From an uncultured Holophagae bacterium (lineage in GTDB: Bacteria; Acidobacteriota; Thermoanaerobaculia; Thermoanaerobaculales; Sulfomarinibacteraceae): a stretch of 64,000 nt of DNA. The position numbers were made by a program, and so were the translations under genes. The notes below the pieces were generated by a model that was not told where the DNA came from, made no database searches, and saw only the letters and a list, made by a program, of their open reading frames with translations. Positions 9,693 through 18,223 of this stretch are shown here, one piece after another. Position 1 is the first letter of the stretch; each line of letters starts with the position of its first letter. The DNA is taken from NCBI GenBank assembly GCA_963718055.1, contig CAVQXZ010000001.1:1171605-1235604 (forward strand), read 5' to 3'.

Positions 9693-10192
9693 TGCTCGAG
9701 CTACTCGTGATGCGCCACGCCAAGTCGGACTGGGACGCGGGGGCCGGCGACGACCACGAGCGGCCGCTCGCCGAACGCGGCGTCAAGGCCGCGCGCAAGG
9801 TGGGCCGGTTCCTGACCGCGGCCGACATGGTGCCGGAGCTGATCGTCTGTTCGACCGCGGTGCGCGCGCGAACGACGGTCGAGCTCGCCGCCGAGGCTGG
9901 GGACTGGCACTGCCCGGTCGAGCACACACGGGCCTTCTATGGTGCGGATCCTGCCGCGGTGCTGGCCGAGATCGCGTCGAGGGTGGCGCCGCCACGGGTG
10001 ATGGTGGTCGGCCACGAGCCGACCTGGTCGGAGCTGGTGTCGCTGCTCGTGGGTGGTGGCGGCGTGCGCATGGCGACTGCGGCCGTGGCCTGCCTCGAGC
10101 TCCCGGCCAACGAATGGAGCGCGATCGAGCCGGGCGCGGGGCGGCTGGTCTGGCTGGTGACGCCGAAGCTCTTGCAGGCGGCCGGTGCGTGA
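9692..10192 (+). CDS. sixA: SixA-type phosphohistidine phosphatase (histidine phosphatase superfamily)
   Basis: LLVMRHAKSDW...ERPLAERG...VVGHEPTWSEL shows the RHG and H motifs. ATG overlaps the apaH TGA (TGATG), with an in-frame GTG alternative start one codon upstream at 9689. Confidence 0.8.
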   Translation: MLELLVMRHAKSDWDAGAGDDHERPLAERGVKAARKVGRFLTAADMVPELIVCSTAVRARTTVELAAEAGDWHCPVEHTRAFYGADPAAVLAEIASRVAPPRVMVVGHEPTWSELVSLLVGGGGVRMATAAVACLELPANEWSAIEPGAGRLVWLVTPKLLQAAGA

Positions 10193-10285
10193 TGCTCCCC
10201 GGGATCGCAGCCGGCCGGCGATGTGTAGAATGGCGCCCTGCCACCGTGCAGATGGCCGCCCGAGACGTCGGGCGCGGTTGACACG

Positions 10286-11854
10286 ATGATCGACGAAGAC
10301 GTGTCGTTTCCGCTGCGGGTCGCCTCAGTCGACGTGGGGTCGAACGCGATTCGATTCCTGGTCGCTGACTTTGCCAACGAGGCGCAGTTCATCGGCTTGG
10401 TCTCCGAGCGCGTGCCGGTGCGCCTCGGCCACGGCGTCTATCTCTCGGGGCGGCTCGATCCGACGGCGATGGACGCCGCGGTGGCGACGCTGCAGGGCTT
10501 CCACGCGCAGATGGCGGAGCTGGGCGTCGAGCACTGTCGGGCGGTCGCCACCTCCGCGGTCCGCGAGAGCAAGAACGGCGACGAGCTCATCGACCGGGTG
10601 CGCGACGCCACCGGCATCGAGCTCGAGCCGATCAGCGGCTCCGAGGAGACGCGGCTGGTGCACCTTGCGGTGGCCAACCGGCTGCCGCTCGGACGGCGGC
10701 GGTGGCTGCTGGTCGACCTCGGCGGCGGCAGCGTCGAGGTCTCGCTGGTCGACCGGGGTGGGGCCATTTGGAGCGAATCCCACACCATGGGATCGGTTCG
10801 CCTGCTCGAGGTGCTGACCGAGGCGGGCGCGGATCCGGGCCGCTTCCGGCGCCTGCTCGAGGAGTACGTGTCGGTGCTCAGGGTCCCGGCTGCCGTCGGC
10901 ACCGGCCGCATCGCCGGCTACATCGCGACCGGCGGCAACATCGAGACCCTCGCCAAGCTGGCCGGCGCGCGCCCTGATCCGGAGGTCGGCCGGCTGCCGG
11001 TCGACAGCCTGCGGGCGGTGATCGAGCGGCTGGCCGCGATGTCGTACCGGCAACGGGTGGAGGATCTCGGCCTGCGCGAGGACCGAGCCGACGTGGTGCT
11101 GCCGGCGGCGGCCGTCTACCTGCGGCTCGCCGAGCTGTGCCGGGCCGAGGAGATCATCGTGCCCAATGTCGGAGTCAAGGAGGGCGTGCTCCTCGACCTT
11201 GTCGATCGGCTGACGCGCACCCGCGACCACGCCGATCGCCAGGCGCGCGACGTGCTCGCCGGCGCGGTCACGGTCGGCCGCAAATACCTCTTCGATGAGG
11301 TCCATGCCCGTCACGTCGCCGAGCTCGCGTTGGCGCTGTTCGACCAGCTGCGGCCGCTCCACAATCTCGGCAGCGCCGACCGGAAGGTGCTGCAGGCCGC
11401 GGCCCTGCTGCAGGACATTGGTCAGTTCGTCAGCTACAAAGCCCATCACAAGCACTCCTACTACCTGATCTCGAACACCGAGCTGCCGAACTTCAGTCAG
11501 CGCGAGATGCAGCTGGTGGCGACGGTCGCCCGTTACCACCGCGGAGCAGACCCGACCGCCATGCACCGTCCCTTCGCCGAGCTGAGTGAGGATGAACAGC
11601 AGCGAGTGGTGCGGCTCATCGCCATGCTGCGAGTGGCCCACGCGCTCGATCGGGATCACCTCCAGCGGGTGCGCGACCTCCAGGTCAGAATCGGCAGCTC
11701 CTGGGTGACCCTTCATCTCGAGGCCACCGGGGGCCTGCTCCTCGAAGGGTGGTCGCTCAAGAAGAAGTCCCAGCTGTTCGCCGACGTGTTTTCCAGGAAG
11801 GTCCGGCTGCGTTTCGCCGGCGACGAGGTCGACGAGCATGCCGCAGCGTCGTGA
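10286..11854 (+). CDS. ppx: exopolyphosphatase / pppGpp phosphohydrolase (Ppx/GppA family with a C-terminal HD-like domain)
   Basis: VDVGSNAIRFLVADF, LVDLGGGSVEVSL and ATGGNIETL are ASKHA-fold Ppx/GppA motifs. The C-terminus LLQDIGQFVSYKAHHKHSYYLI fits the HD-like domain. Confidence 0.9.
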   Translation: MIDEDVSFPLRVASVDVGSNAIRFLVADFANEAQFIGLVSERVPVRLGHGVYLSGRLDPTAMDAAVATLQGFHAQMAELGVEHCRAVATSAVRESKNGDELIDRVRDATGIELEPISGSEETRLVHLAVANRLPLGRRRWLLVDLGGGSVEVSLVDRGGAIWSESHTMGSVRLLEVLTEAGADPGRFRRLLEEYVSVLRVPAAVGTGRIAGYIATGGNIETLAKLAGARPDPEVGRLPVDSLRAVIERLAAMSYRQRVEDLGLREDRADVVLPAAAVYLRLAELCRAEEIIVPNVGVKEGVLLDLVDRLTRTRDHADRQARDVLAGAVTVGRKYLFDEVHARHVAELALALFDQLRPLHNLGSADRKVLQAAALLQDIGQFVSYKAHHKHSYYLISNTELPNFSQREMQLVATVARYHRGADPTAMHRPFAELSEDEQQRVVRLIAMLRVAHALDRDHLQRVRDLQVRIGSSWVTLHLEATGGLLLEGWSLKKKSQLFADVFSRKVRLRFAGDEVDEHAAAS

Positions 11855-12431
11855 GGGGTCCGCCGCGAGGTGCCAGTGGTGCGGGGATGACCCCCTCTAC
11901 GTTGCCTACCACGATCGAGAGTGGGGAGTGCCGGTCCGCGACGATCGCACGCTGTTCGAGTTCCTGGTTCTCGAGGGGGCCCAAGCCGGCCTGAGCTGGC
12001 TGACCATCCTGCGCAAGCGAGAGGCGTACCGGGAGGCGTTCGATGGCTTCGATCCGGTGCGGGTCGCCGCCATGGGCGACCGAGCGGTCGCCCGGCTGAT
12101 GGCCAACGCCGGGATCGTGCGCAACCGGCTCAAGATCGAGGCGGCGGTCGGCAACGCGCGCGCGTTCCTCGCCGTTCAGGACGCGTGCGGCAGCTTCGCG
12201 GCGTACATCTGGGGCTTCATCGACAACCGCCCGATCCAGAACTCGTGGACGTCCCTCACCGAGCTGCCGGCATCGACGCCGCTCGCCGAGGCCGTCTCGC
12301 GCGACCTCAAGAAGCGCGGCTTCCGGTTCGTCGGGCCGACGATCGTCTACGCCCACATGCAGGCCACCGGCATGGTCAACGACCATCTCGTGAGCTGCTT
12401 CCGGCACCGCCAGGTCGTCGCGCTCGGCTGA
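11838..12431 (+). CDS. tag: DNA-3-methyladenine glycosylase I
   Basis: CQWCGDDPLYVAYHDREWGVPVRDDRTLFEFLVLEGAQAGLSWLTILRKREAYREAF is a near-canonical Tag signature. Overlaps the ppx 3-prime end by 17 nt. Confidence 0.9.
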   Translation: MPQRREGSAARCQWCGDDPLYVAYHDREWGVPVRDDRTLFEFLVLEGAQAGLSWLTILRKREAYREAFDGFDPVRVAAMGDRAVARLMANAGIVRNRLKIEAAVGNARAFLAVQDACGSFAAYIWGFIDNRPIQNSWTSLTELPASTPLAEAVSRDLKKRGFRFVGPTIVYAHMQATGMVNDHLVSCFRHRQVVALG

Positions 12432-12562
12432 GCCGGACGGTCGAGCCCGCCCAACAGGGTGGGCGGCTGGAGCCGGCAGCGGCGCTCCTGCCTGGGCGCT
12501 GCCGAGGACCTGCCGGCCGGCGCCTTGAGTCTCGGCAATGTGGCGCATCCGTTCTATGATCG

Positions 12563-13426
12563 TTGCCGGTGACCGAGCTCCTGCCAACCAGGGACCCGAT
12601 CGACTCGGGCGCTGCCTACTCGGAGCGGTGGCTCTCCGTGCAGGACGGTGTCGAGCTGAGGGTCATGGAGTGGCGGCCGGACGGGACCGGTCAGCCGCCC
12701 CTGTACTTCGTTGCCGGCTGGGTTTCGGTGGTCGAAGGCTGGAGGCCGCTGCTCGAGGTCCTCGTCCGGCGGCGGCCGGTGGTCTACATCGAGACCCGCG
12801 AGAAGCGGTCGGCGAAGATCGACCGCCGCCGCTTGCGAGTCGACGAGTTCAGCGTGCCGCGGCTCGCCGGGGACCTGTGCGAGATCGCCCGTGTCGTCGG
12901 GGCGGACCGGTCGAGCGCCATCTGGTTCGGCAGCTCGATGGGCTCGACGGCGTTGCTCGAAGCGCTCAAGGGCGCCCGGCTGCCGGCGCGCGGCGCCTTC
13001 CTGATCGGTCCCAACGCGACCTTCAACTTCCCGTGGTGGAGCCTCCCGCTGCTGCGGGTGCCGGCCGCCAGCTACTCGGTCGCCAAGCACCTCGTGATCT
13101 GGTACCTGCGCCACTTCCGGGTCGACGCGCGCCGCGAGCCCGACCAGATGCGGCGGTACGAGAGGACCCTGAACGCCGCCGAGCCGGTCCGGCTGAAGCT
13201 GTCGGCGCGGGCGGTGGTCGGCTACACGCTCTGGCCGAGGCTCGAGACCGTGACCGCGCCGGTGGCGATCGCGTACGCCTCGAGCGACGTCCTCCACGCC
13301 GAGAGCGAGGCCAAGTCGATCGTCGCCACGCTGCCGGCAGGGATCGCGGTCGAGTGTCCCTCCAACACCTACATGCACCGCGCCGAGGTGGCGCGGGACA
13401 TCGAGGAGTTCATCGCCGGCCTCTAG
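12563..13426 (+). CDS. alpha/beta-fold hydrolase
   Basis: PLYFVAGW..., the nucleophile elbow GSSMGS, and a C-terminal H (YMHRAE). TTG start at 12563 is uncertain. The stop TAG lies inside repeat copy B. Confidence 0.7.
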   Translation: MPVTELLPTRDPIDSGAAYSERWLSVQDGVELRVMEWRPDGTGQPPLYFVAGWVSVVEGWRPLLEVLVRRRPVVYIETREKRSAKIDRRRLRVDEFSVPRLAGDLCEIARVVGADRSSAIWFGSSMGSTALLEALKGARLPARGAFLIGPNATFNFPWWSLPLLRVPAASYSVAKHLVIWYLRHFRVDARREPDQMRRYERTLNAAEPVRLKLSARAVVGYTLWPRLETVTAPVAIAYASSDVLHAESEAKSIVATLPAGIAVECPSNTYMHRAEVARDIEEFIAGL

Positions 13427-13547
13427 GAGCGTGTGGGCATAGGCTCCTCGGCGCACGCGAGTCGCAGGCCTCTGGGTGTGTGACGAGTCGTGGTTCCTGG
13501 CTGGCCTGCGCCCCGCGCGCGCCGAGCAGGATGCGCTGCGCGCATCA
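13424..13547 (+). repeat. family-1 structured intergenic element, copy B (long subtype)
   Basis: Roughly 85% identical by eye to the reverse complement of copy F. Hairpins are GGAGC..GCTCC, CTCGGCGCACGCG..GCAGGCC // GGCCTGC..GCGCGCCGAG, and the terminal GGATGCGCTGCGCGCATC. Confidence 0.8.
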
Positions 13548-13730
13548 CAAGCAGCACATGGAGAAGCGGCCAGCCACGCCAACCGGATCGCAACCTCGAG
13601 CGAGAGGCCGATGCCCCGCCCGCTGCCGGCGGTTTGCGCGATTCCGTTCGAAGGCGACCCCCGAGCAGCCCGGGCTGGCTGAACCGGTGCCCGTGCCCGA
13701 TGGTGAGGTCAGGCCGTGATCGACGGTCGG

Positions 13731-15827
13731 TCACTCCCGAACGGGTTTGGCGCGGCGCGAGAAGGCGACCACGAATGCGCACAGCGCCAGCAGCGTCAGG
13801 GTGCCGATCAGCTCGCCGGGTATGCCCGCGAAGGCGGCCTCCGGCAGCAGGTGCACGACCTCCTTGGCGGTGAGGCTTCCCGTGGACTCCTTGATCACGG
13901 TGTTGATGGCCGCGTCGATGACCCCCATGATCGCACCGCCGGCGACTAACCCGGAGGCGACCAGGATCCCGCGGTCCTGCCGCGCCTTGACGGTGGCGTC
14001 GTCGGCGCCTCGCTGACGCGACACGATCCAGGCCAGGATGCCGCCGAGCAGGACCGGAGTGTTGAGCTCCATCGGCAGGTACATGCCGAGGGCGAAGGCG
14101 AGCGGCGGCACGCCCGTCATACGCAGGATCAGCGCGAGCAGCACGCCGAGCGCGAACAGGTACCACTGGAGGATCGAGGTCTGCGCTCCGAAGATCCCGA
14201 CCAGGATCGCCTTCATGGCCGACGCCTGGGGCGCGGGTATCGCCGACGTGCCGAACCCCATCCCGGCGGGCTGGTTCGCCATCACCCACATCGCGAGGCC
14301 ACAGAACACCGCGGCAACGAAGGTGCCGAGGAACTTCAGCTTGAGCTGGCGCGCCGGGGTCGCACCGATCCAGTGGCCGATCTTGAGGTCTGACGACAGA
14401 GCGCCCGAGGCGGCGAGCGCAGTGCAGACCACGCCGCCCACCATCATCGTGACGAACATGCCGTTGCCGCCGGACAGGCCGAGCTTGAGCATCACGAAGC
14501 CGGTGACGATGAGGGTGAGCATCGTCATCCCGGACACCGGGTTGGTGCCGACGATGGCGATCGCACGCGCCGCGACCGGCGCAAACAGGAACGCGATGAA
14601 CATCACCAGCGCCGTGGCCACGGCGGCGGATGCGAAGGACCCACCGACCCCCACCCCGTACGAGAAGAAGACCAGAGCTATGACCGCGAAGATCACGAGG
14701 CCGACGGTCGCGAACTGGCCGGACAACGAGCGGTCGACCCGTGGGACCTTGGTGATTTCGCGGCGGTCCTGGTGGCTCATGCCGACGATGTTGGCGCCGA
14801 TCGAGCGCACCATCGATGGCAGCGCTGACAGGATGCCGAGGATGCCGGCGCCCGCGATGCCGCCGACCCCGATGATTCGCACGTAGGAGGCGAAGACCTG
14901 GTCGAAGCTCATCTCGGCGATCGGTATCGAGCCCGGCGCGAGCACGCTGGGGACGTGGGTGCCGATCGCATGCACCAGGGGCACGAGCACGAAGCAGGAC
15001 AGGAACGAGCCGGCGCAGATGATGGCCGAGTAACGGACACCGATGATATAGCCGATGCCGATGATCGCCGCGTTGTTGAGGATCCGCAGAGTCATGAAGT
15101 TCCGCGCCAGCAGGCCGCCCAGGCCGACCGCGCGGAACGAGATCAGCTCAGCCATGGCGTGGAAGGTCGTGACGAGGCCGTCATACAGCGCGCCGATCCC
15201 GGCGGCCATGGCGAGGATCTTGGCCTGCCCGCCGACCCGCTCGCCCGACAGCAGGATCTCGGTCGTTGCGGTGCCCTCGGGCCACGGCAGCTGCCCGTGC
15301 ATCTCGACCATGAAGTGGTAGCGCAGCGGGATCAGGAACAGAATACCGAGACAGCCGCCGAGGAACGAGACCGCGATCACCTGCCAGACCGCCGGCTGGG
15401 TCACGCCGGTGCCGGGCTCGGCAGCGAGCATGTACAGGGCGGGGATGGTGAACACCGCGCCGGCGACGACGTGCGAGGAGTTGGCGCCGATCGACTGGAC
15501 GATGACGTTCTCCAGGATCGTGCTCCTGCGGGAGAACAGCGGGGAAATGCCGATGGCGAGGATGGCGATCGGGATCGCAGCCTCCATGCCCTGCCCGACG
15601 CGCAGCGCGAGGTAGGCGGCCGCCATCGAGAACACCGCGCAGAAGATGAGGCCCATGGTCACCGAGCGAGCGGTGACCTCGTGGATGCCGGTCTCGTTCG
15701 GCACGACCGGGATGTAGCTCTCGCCCGGCCGGAGCGGAGTCCGCGCGTTGTCGGGAAGGCCCTTGATAACGGGTGGGGTTTCGTGTGCCACGGCTGCTCC
15801 TCCCTGGCGGTCCGGGGGAGTGTACAT
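13731..15827 (-). CDS. OPT-family oligopeptide transporter
   Basis: 698 aa with more than 12 TM segments. The N-terminus E..TARSVTMGLIFCAVFSMAAAYLALRVGQ and the overall pattern fit the OPT superfamily. Confidence 0.8.
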   Translation of the reverse strand: MYTPPDRQGGAAVAHETPPVIKGLPDNARTPLRPGESYIPVVPNETGIHEVTARSVTMGLIFCAVFSMAAAYLALRVGQGMEAAIPIAILAIGISPLFSRRSTILENVIVQSIGANSSHVVAGAVFTIPALYMLAAEPGTGVTQPAVWQVIAVSFLGGCLGILFLIPLRYHFMVEMHGQLPWPEGTATTEILLSGERVGGQAKILAMAAGIGALYDGLVTTFHAMAELISFRAVGLGGLLARNFMTLRILNNAAIIGIGYIIGVRYSAIICAGSFLSCFVLVPLVHAIGTHVPSVLAPGSIPIAEMSFDQVFASYVRIIGVGGIAGAGILGILSALPSMVRSIGANIVGMSHQDRREITKVPRVDRSLSGQFATVGLVIFAVIALVFFSYGVGVGGSFASAAVATALVMFIAFLFAPVAARAIAIVGTNPVSGMTMLTLIVTGFVMLKLGLSGGNGMFVTMMVGGVVCTALAASGALSSDLKIGHWIGATPARQLKLKFLGTFVAAVFCGLAMWVMANQPAGMGFGTSAIPAPQASAMKAILVGIFGAQTSILQWYLFALGVLLALILRMTGVPPLAFALGMYLPMELNTPVLLGGILAWIVSRQRGADDATVKARQDRGILVASGLVAGGAIMGVIDAAINTVIKESTGSLTAKEVVHLLPEAAFAGIPGELIGTLTLLALCAFVVAFSRRAKPVRE

Positions 15828-15869
15828 TGTTCGGACCCCCGCCCAACCTCCCGTAAGGGGTGAGGGGTC

Positions 15870-16090
15870 AGGGGATAGGGATGGGCCGTCCCCCCGGCCT
15901 GCTTTTGTCTCCGTGCCCGTCTCCGCGTGTCACGGCGGAGCCAGAAGCGATCGTCACGGCGAAGCCGCAGGCGCAGCCGGAAGCCGGGTGCCCGAGGGAG
16001 AACCGGCGCCCACGTTCCCTCAGGAGGTCCCTCGACTTGCCGCCCTCGCGGGCGGCTCGCTCGGGATGACTGACGGAGGCGGAAGCGGGC
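15870..16090. repeat. family-2 degenerate GC-rich intergenic repeat region
   Basis: CGTCACGGCGAAGCCGCAGGCGCAGCCGGAAGCCGG is the reverse complement of the CCGGCTTCCGGCTTCGCC..AGCTTCGCCGTGACG motif at 49008-49048. It also shares a GGAGACGGGCACGG-type motif with 41.2 kb. Confidence 0.5.
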
Positions 16091-16130
16091 CCGGATGCGG
16101 GTTGGTGACTCATGGGACGTGACCGCTGGG

Positions 16131-16529
16131 TCACAGGTGCACGATCAGCCACGTCCAGTTGAGGAGGATCGCCGCCACGATCGCGGCGCGAATCCATCGC
16201 GGCAGCGGGCGGTCGAGGTGCGGCGCGGTGCCGCGACGCCAGGCCCACAGCGGGGCGATGACGCCGCCGAGCACGAACGCGACTGTTGCTGCAAACACGA
16301 GCGGGTTGAAGGCGACAGCTCCCGGCAGGTCACCATCGAGCAGCGCGAGGACGCTGCGGGTCGCGCCGCACGACGGGCAGGGAACTCCTGTGATCGAATG
16401 GAACAGGCAGGGCCACAGGAACGGTTCGACGATCGGCCACAGCGGCCTCAGCGCCACGAGCGCGAGCGCGAGCCCGCCCCAGATGTAGGCGAGCTGGCGG
16501 TCGGCGACGGTCAGTGGCGTCCACCGCAC
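16131..16529 (-). CDS. DUF2752-like small membrane protein
   Basis: CLFHSITGVPCPSCGATRS is a CxxCG(A/M)TR motif typical of DUF2752, flanked by TM segments. GTG start at 16529. This is the 3-prime end of track ORF 16131..17519. Confidence 0.6.
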   Translation of the reverse strand: MRWTPLTVADRQLAYIWGGLALALVALRPLWPIVEPFLWPCLFHSITGVPCPSCGATRSVLALLDGDLPGAVAFNPLVFAATVAFVLGGVIAPLWAWRRGTAPHLDRPLPRWIRAAIVAAILLNWTWLIVHL

Positions 16530-16540
16530 GAGCGCTCCCG

Positions 16541-17245
16541 TCAGCGGTTGCCGAGCCCGCCGATCAGGGCCGCCCCGAAGACGGTGAGTGTGACCGCAAG
16601 GCACGAGCAGCAGAGGAGGATCGGCAGCAGGACCGCCAGCGCGGCCTTGCCGTACGAGCACTCGTGGGCGCGGGCGACGCCGATGATCTGCAGCGCCACG
16701 AACCAGACCAGAGCCAACAGCCCGCCGCACAGCGGGACCAGGTTCGCAACGTCTGAGGTGTGGGAGTAGCAGATCACCCGCGCCGTGGTCGCCAGCCCGC
16801 GCCTTCCTTCGCCGACGATCAGCAGCATCAGGTGCAGGATGCAGGCGTGGATGGCGAGGCCGATGAGGAGAATGACCGGCATCAGGACGAACAGCCCGAT
16901 CCCGATCGCGACCATCACGCCGGTGCCGATGGCGGCCTCGGCGAGCTCGTCGCGCAGCTCCGGAAAGCCCATCAGCATGAACGGCGACTGCGCGGCGGCC
17001 CAGTAGGCCATGCCGGTCGCGAGCTCGATCCAGGCCATGATCAAGGCGTAAACGAACGGCCGCCCGAGGCCGGCGGGCGCCATGCGGGAGAAGGCGTCGT
17101 CGGGCTTGGTTGCGAACAGTCCGATGGTGCGGAAGAAGCCCTCGACACGGCCGACGCCCGGATCCTCCCAGGGCAGCGCTCCGGGGGAGGGAGCAGCAGG
17201 CGGTGGAGCGGGGAGCGGCGGCGGAAACGGCGTGTTCTCGATCAT
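16541..17245 (-). CDS. Yip1-domain membrane protein
   Basis: Pro-rich N-terminus, then PWEDP..G....F..T....L..P...F and five TM helices. This is typical of bacterial Yip1/YIPF-like proteins. Confidence 0.7.
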   Translation of the reverse strand: MIENTPFPPPLPAPPPAAPSPGALPWEDPGVGRVEGFFRTIGLFATKPDDAFSRMAPAGLGRPFVYALIMAWIELATGMAYWAAAQSPFMLMGFPELRDELAEAAIGTGVMVAIGIGLFVLMPVILLIGLAIHACILHLMLLIVGEGRRGLATTARVICYSHTSDVANLVPLCGGLLALVWFVALQIIGVARAHECSYGKAALAVLLPILLCCSCLAVTLTVFGAALIGGLGNR

Positions 17246-17469
17246 GTTCGCCTCCCAGTGGGAGCCTGGTCAGCGAGTGTAACGTGGAAGACCCACACGT
17301 GGTTCGCGCGTCTTGGACTTTGGTTAGAGGCGAGGCGGTCACCAGAAACGTCCATACACTCACCCGGGCGCGGATCCGGCTTCGCCGTAGAGCTTCGCCG
17401 TAACAAGAGCGGAAGCGGGCGCGGAAGCGAACGTGGCAGGACGCGCGCCTTCTTGCCAGTACGCGGCGG

Positions 17470-18219
17470 TCACGGGCCGGTGCGCAGCTTGGCCGCCACT
17501 TCCTGCCAGAGGGCGGCAAAGGCCATCGCCACCGGCTGTGACGGCATCGTGGCGGCGAGCGGTGCCCGGGTCAGACCCATGCGTTCGACCACGCTCGCCG
17601 ACGGGATGACGGTGCGCAGGAAGGTCGGGTCGGCGAGGCAACTCTCGCACAGCTCGAGGTGCATCGCCTTGCGGCGGTCGACCATCGAGAGGAAGGGCAG
17701 CAGCTCGGTGCGGCCGTGACCGTGCTCGGCGACGAACGCGCGGATCTGCTCGAGGGTGCGGATCGACAGCGTGCTCGGAATGACCGGGACCAGCACCGCG
17801 TCGGCGGCGCGGACCACGGCCTCGGAGACCAGCGACACGCTCGGCGGGCAGTCCATGATCACCAGGTCGTAGCGCGTCGCGAGGGGCTCGAGACGTCGCG
17901 CGAGCTGCTTTCGCGGCTTCTTGGTGGCGTCGAGCTCGAGGTCGAGGCGGCGGAAGGAGAAGTCCGCCGGCAGCAGCGACAGGTTGTCGAACTCGGTCGG
18001 TCGGGCATGCCAACCGAGGTCCGTGGTGTGGTCGACGACGATTCTGGCCCCGCCCTCGAGCTGCGCCGGCACCCGGAGGTAGAAGCTCGCCGCCCCTTGC
18101 GGGTCGAGGTCCCAGAGCAGCGTCCGCGTCCCGCCGAGCGAGGCGGCATGAGCGATGTTGACGGCGGCCGCCGTCTTGCCGACCCCGCCCTTGATGCTCC
18201 AGATTGCCAACGTCCGCAT
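17470..18219 (-). CDS. ParA/MinD-family P-loop ATPase (orphan ParA-like)
   Basis: MRTLAIWSIKGGVGKTAAAVN carries the deviant Walker A KGGxGKT. DLDPQG and VIMDCPPS are also present. The ATG lies 4 nt downstream of the CYTH-CHAD stop. Confidence 0.85.
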   Translation of the reverse strand: MRTLAIWSIKGGVGKTAAAVNIAHAASLGGTRTLLWDLDPQGAASFYLRVPAQLEGGARIVVDHTTDLGWHARPTEFDNLSLLPADFSFRRLDLELDATKKPRKQLARRLEPLATRYDLVIMDCPPSVSLVSEAVVRAADAVLVPVIPSTLSIRTLEQIRAFVAEHGHGRTELLPFLSMVDRRKAMHLELCESCLADPTFLRTVIPSASVVERMGLTRAPLAATMPSQPVAMAFAALWQEVAAKLRTGP

Positions 18220-18223
18220 CGCG

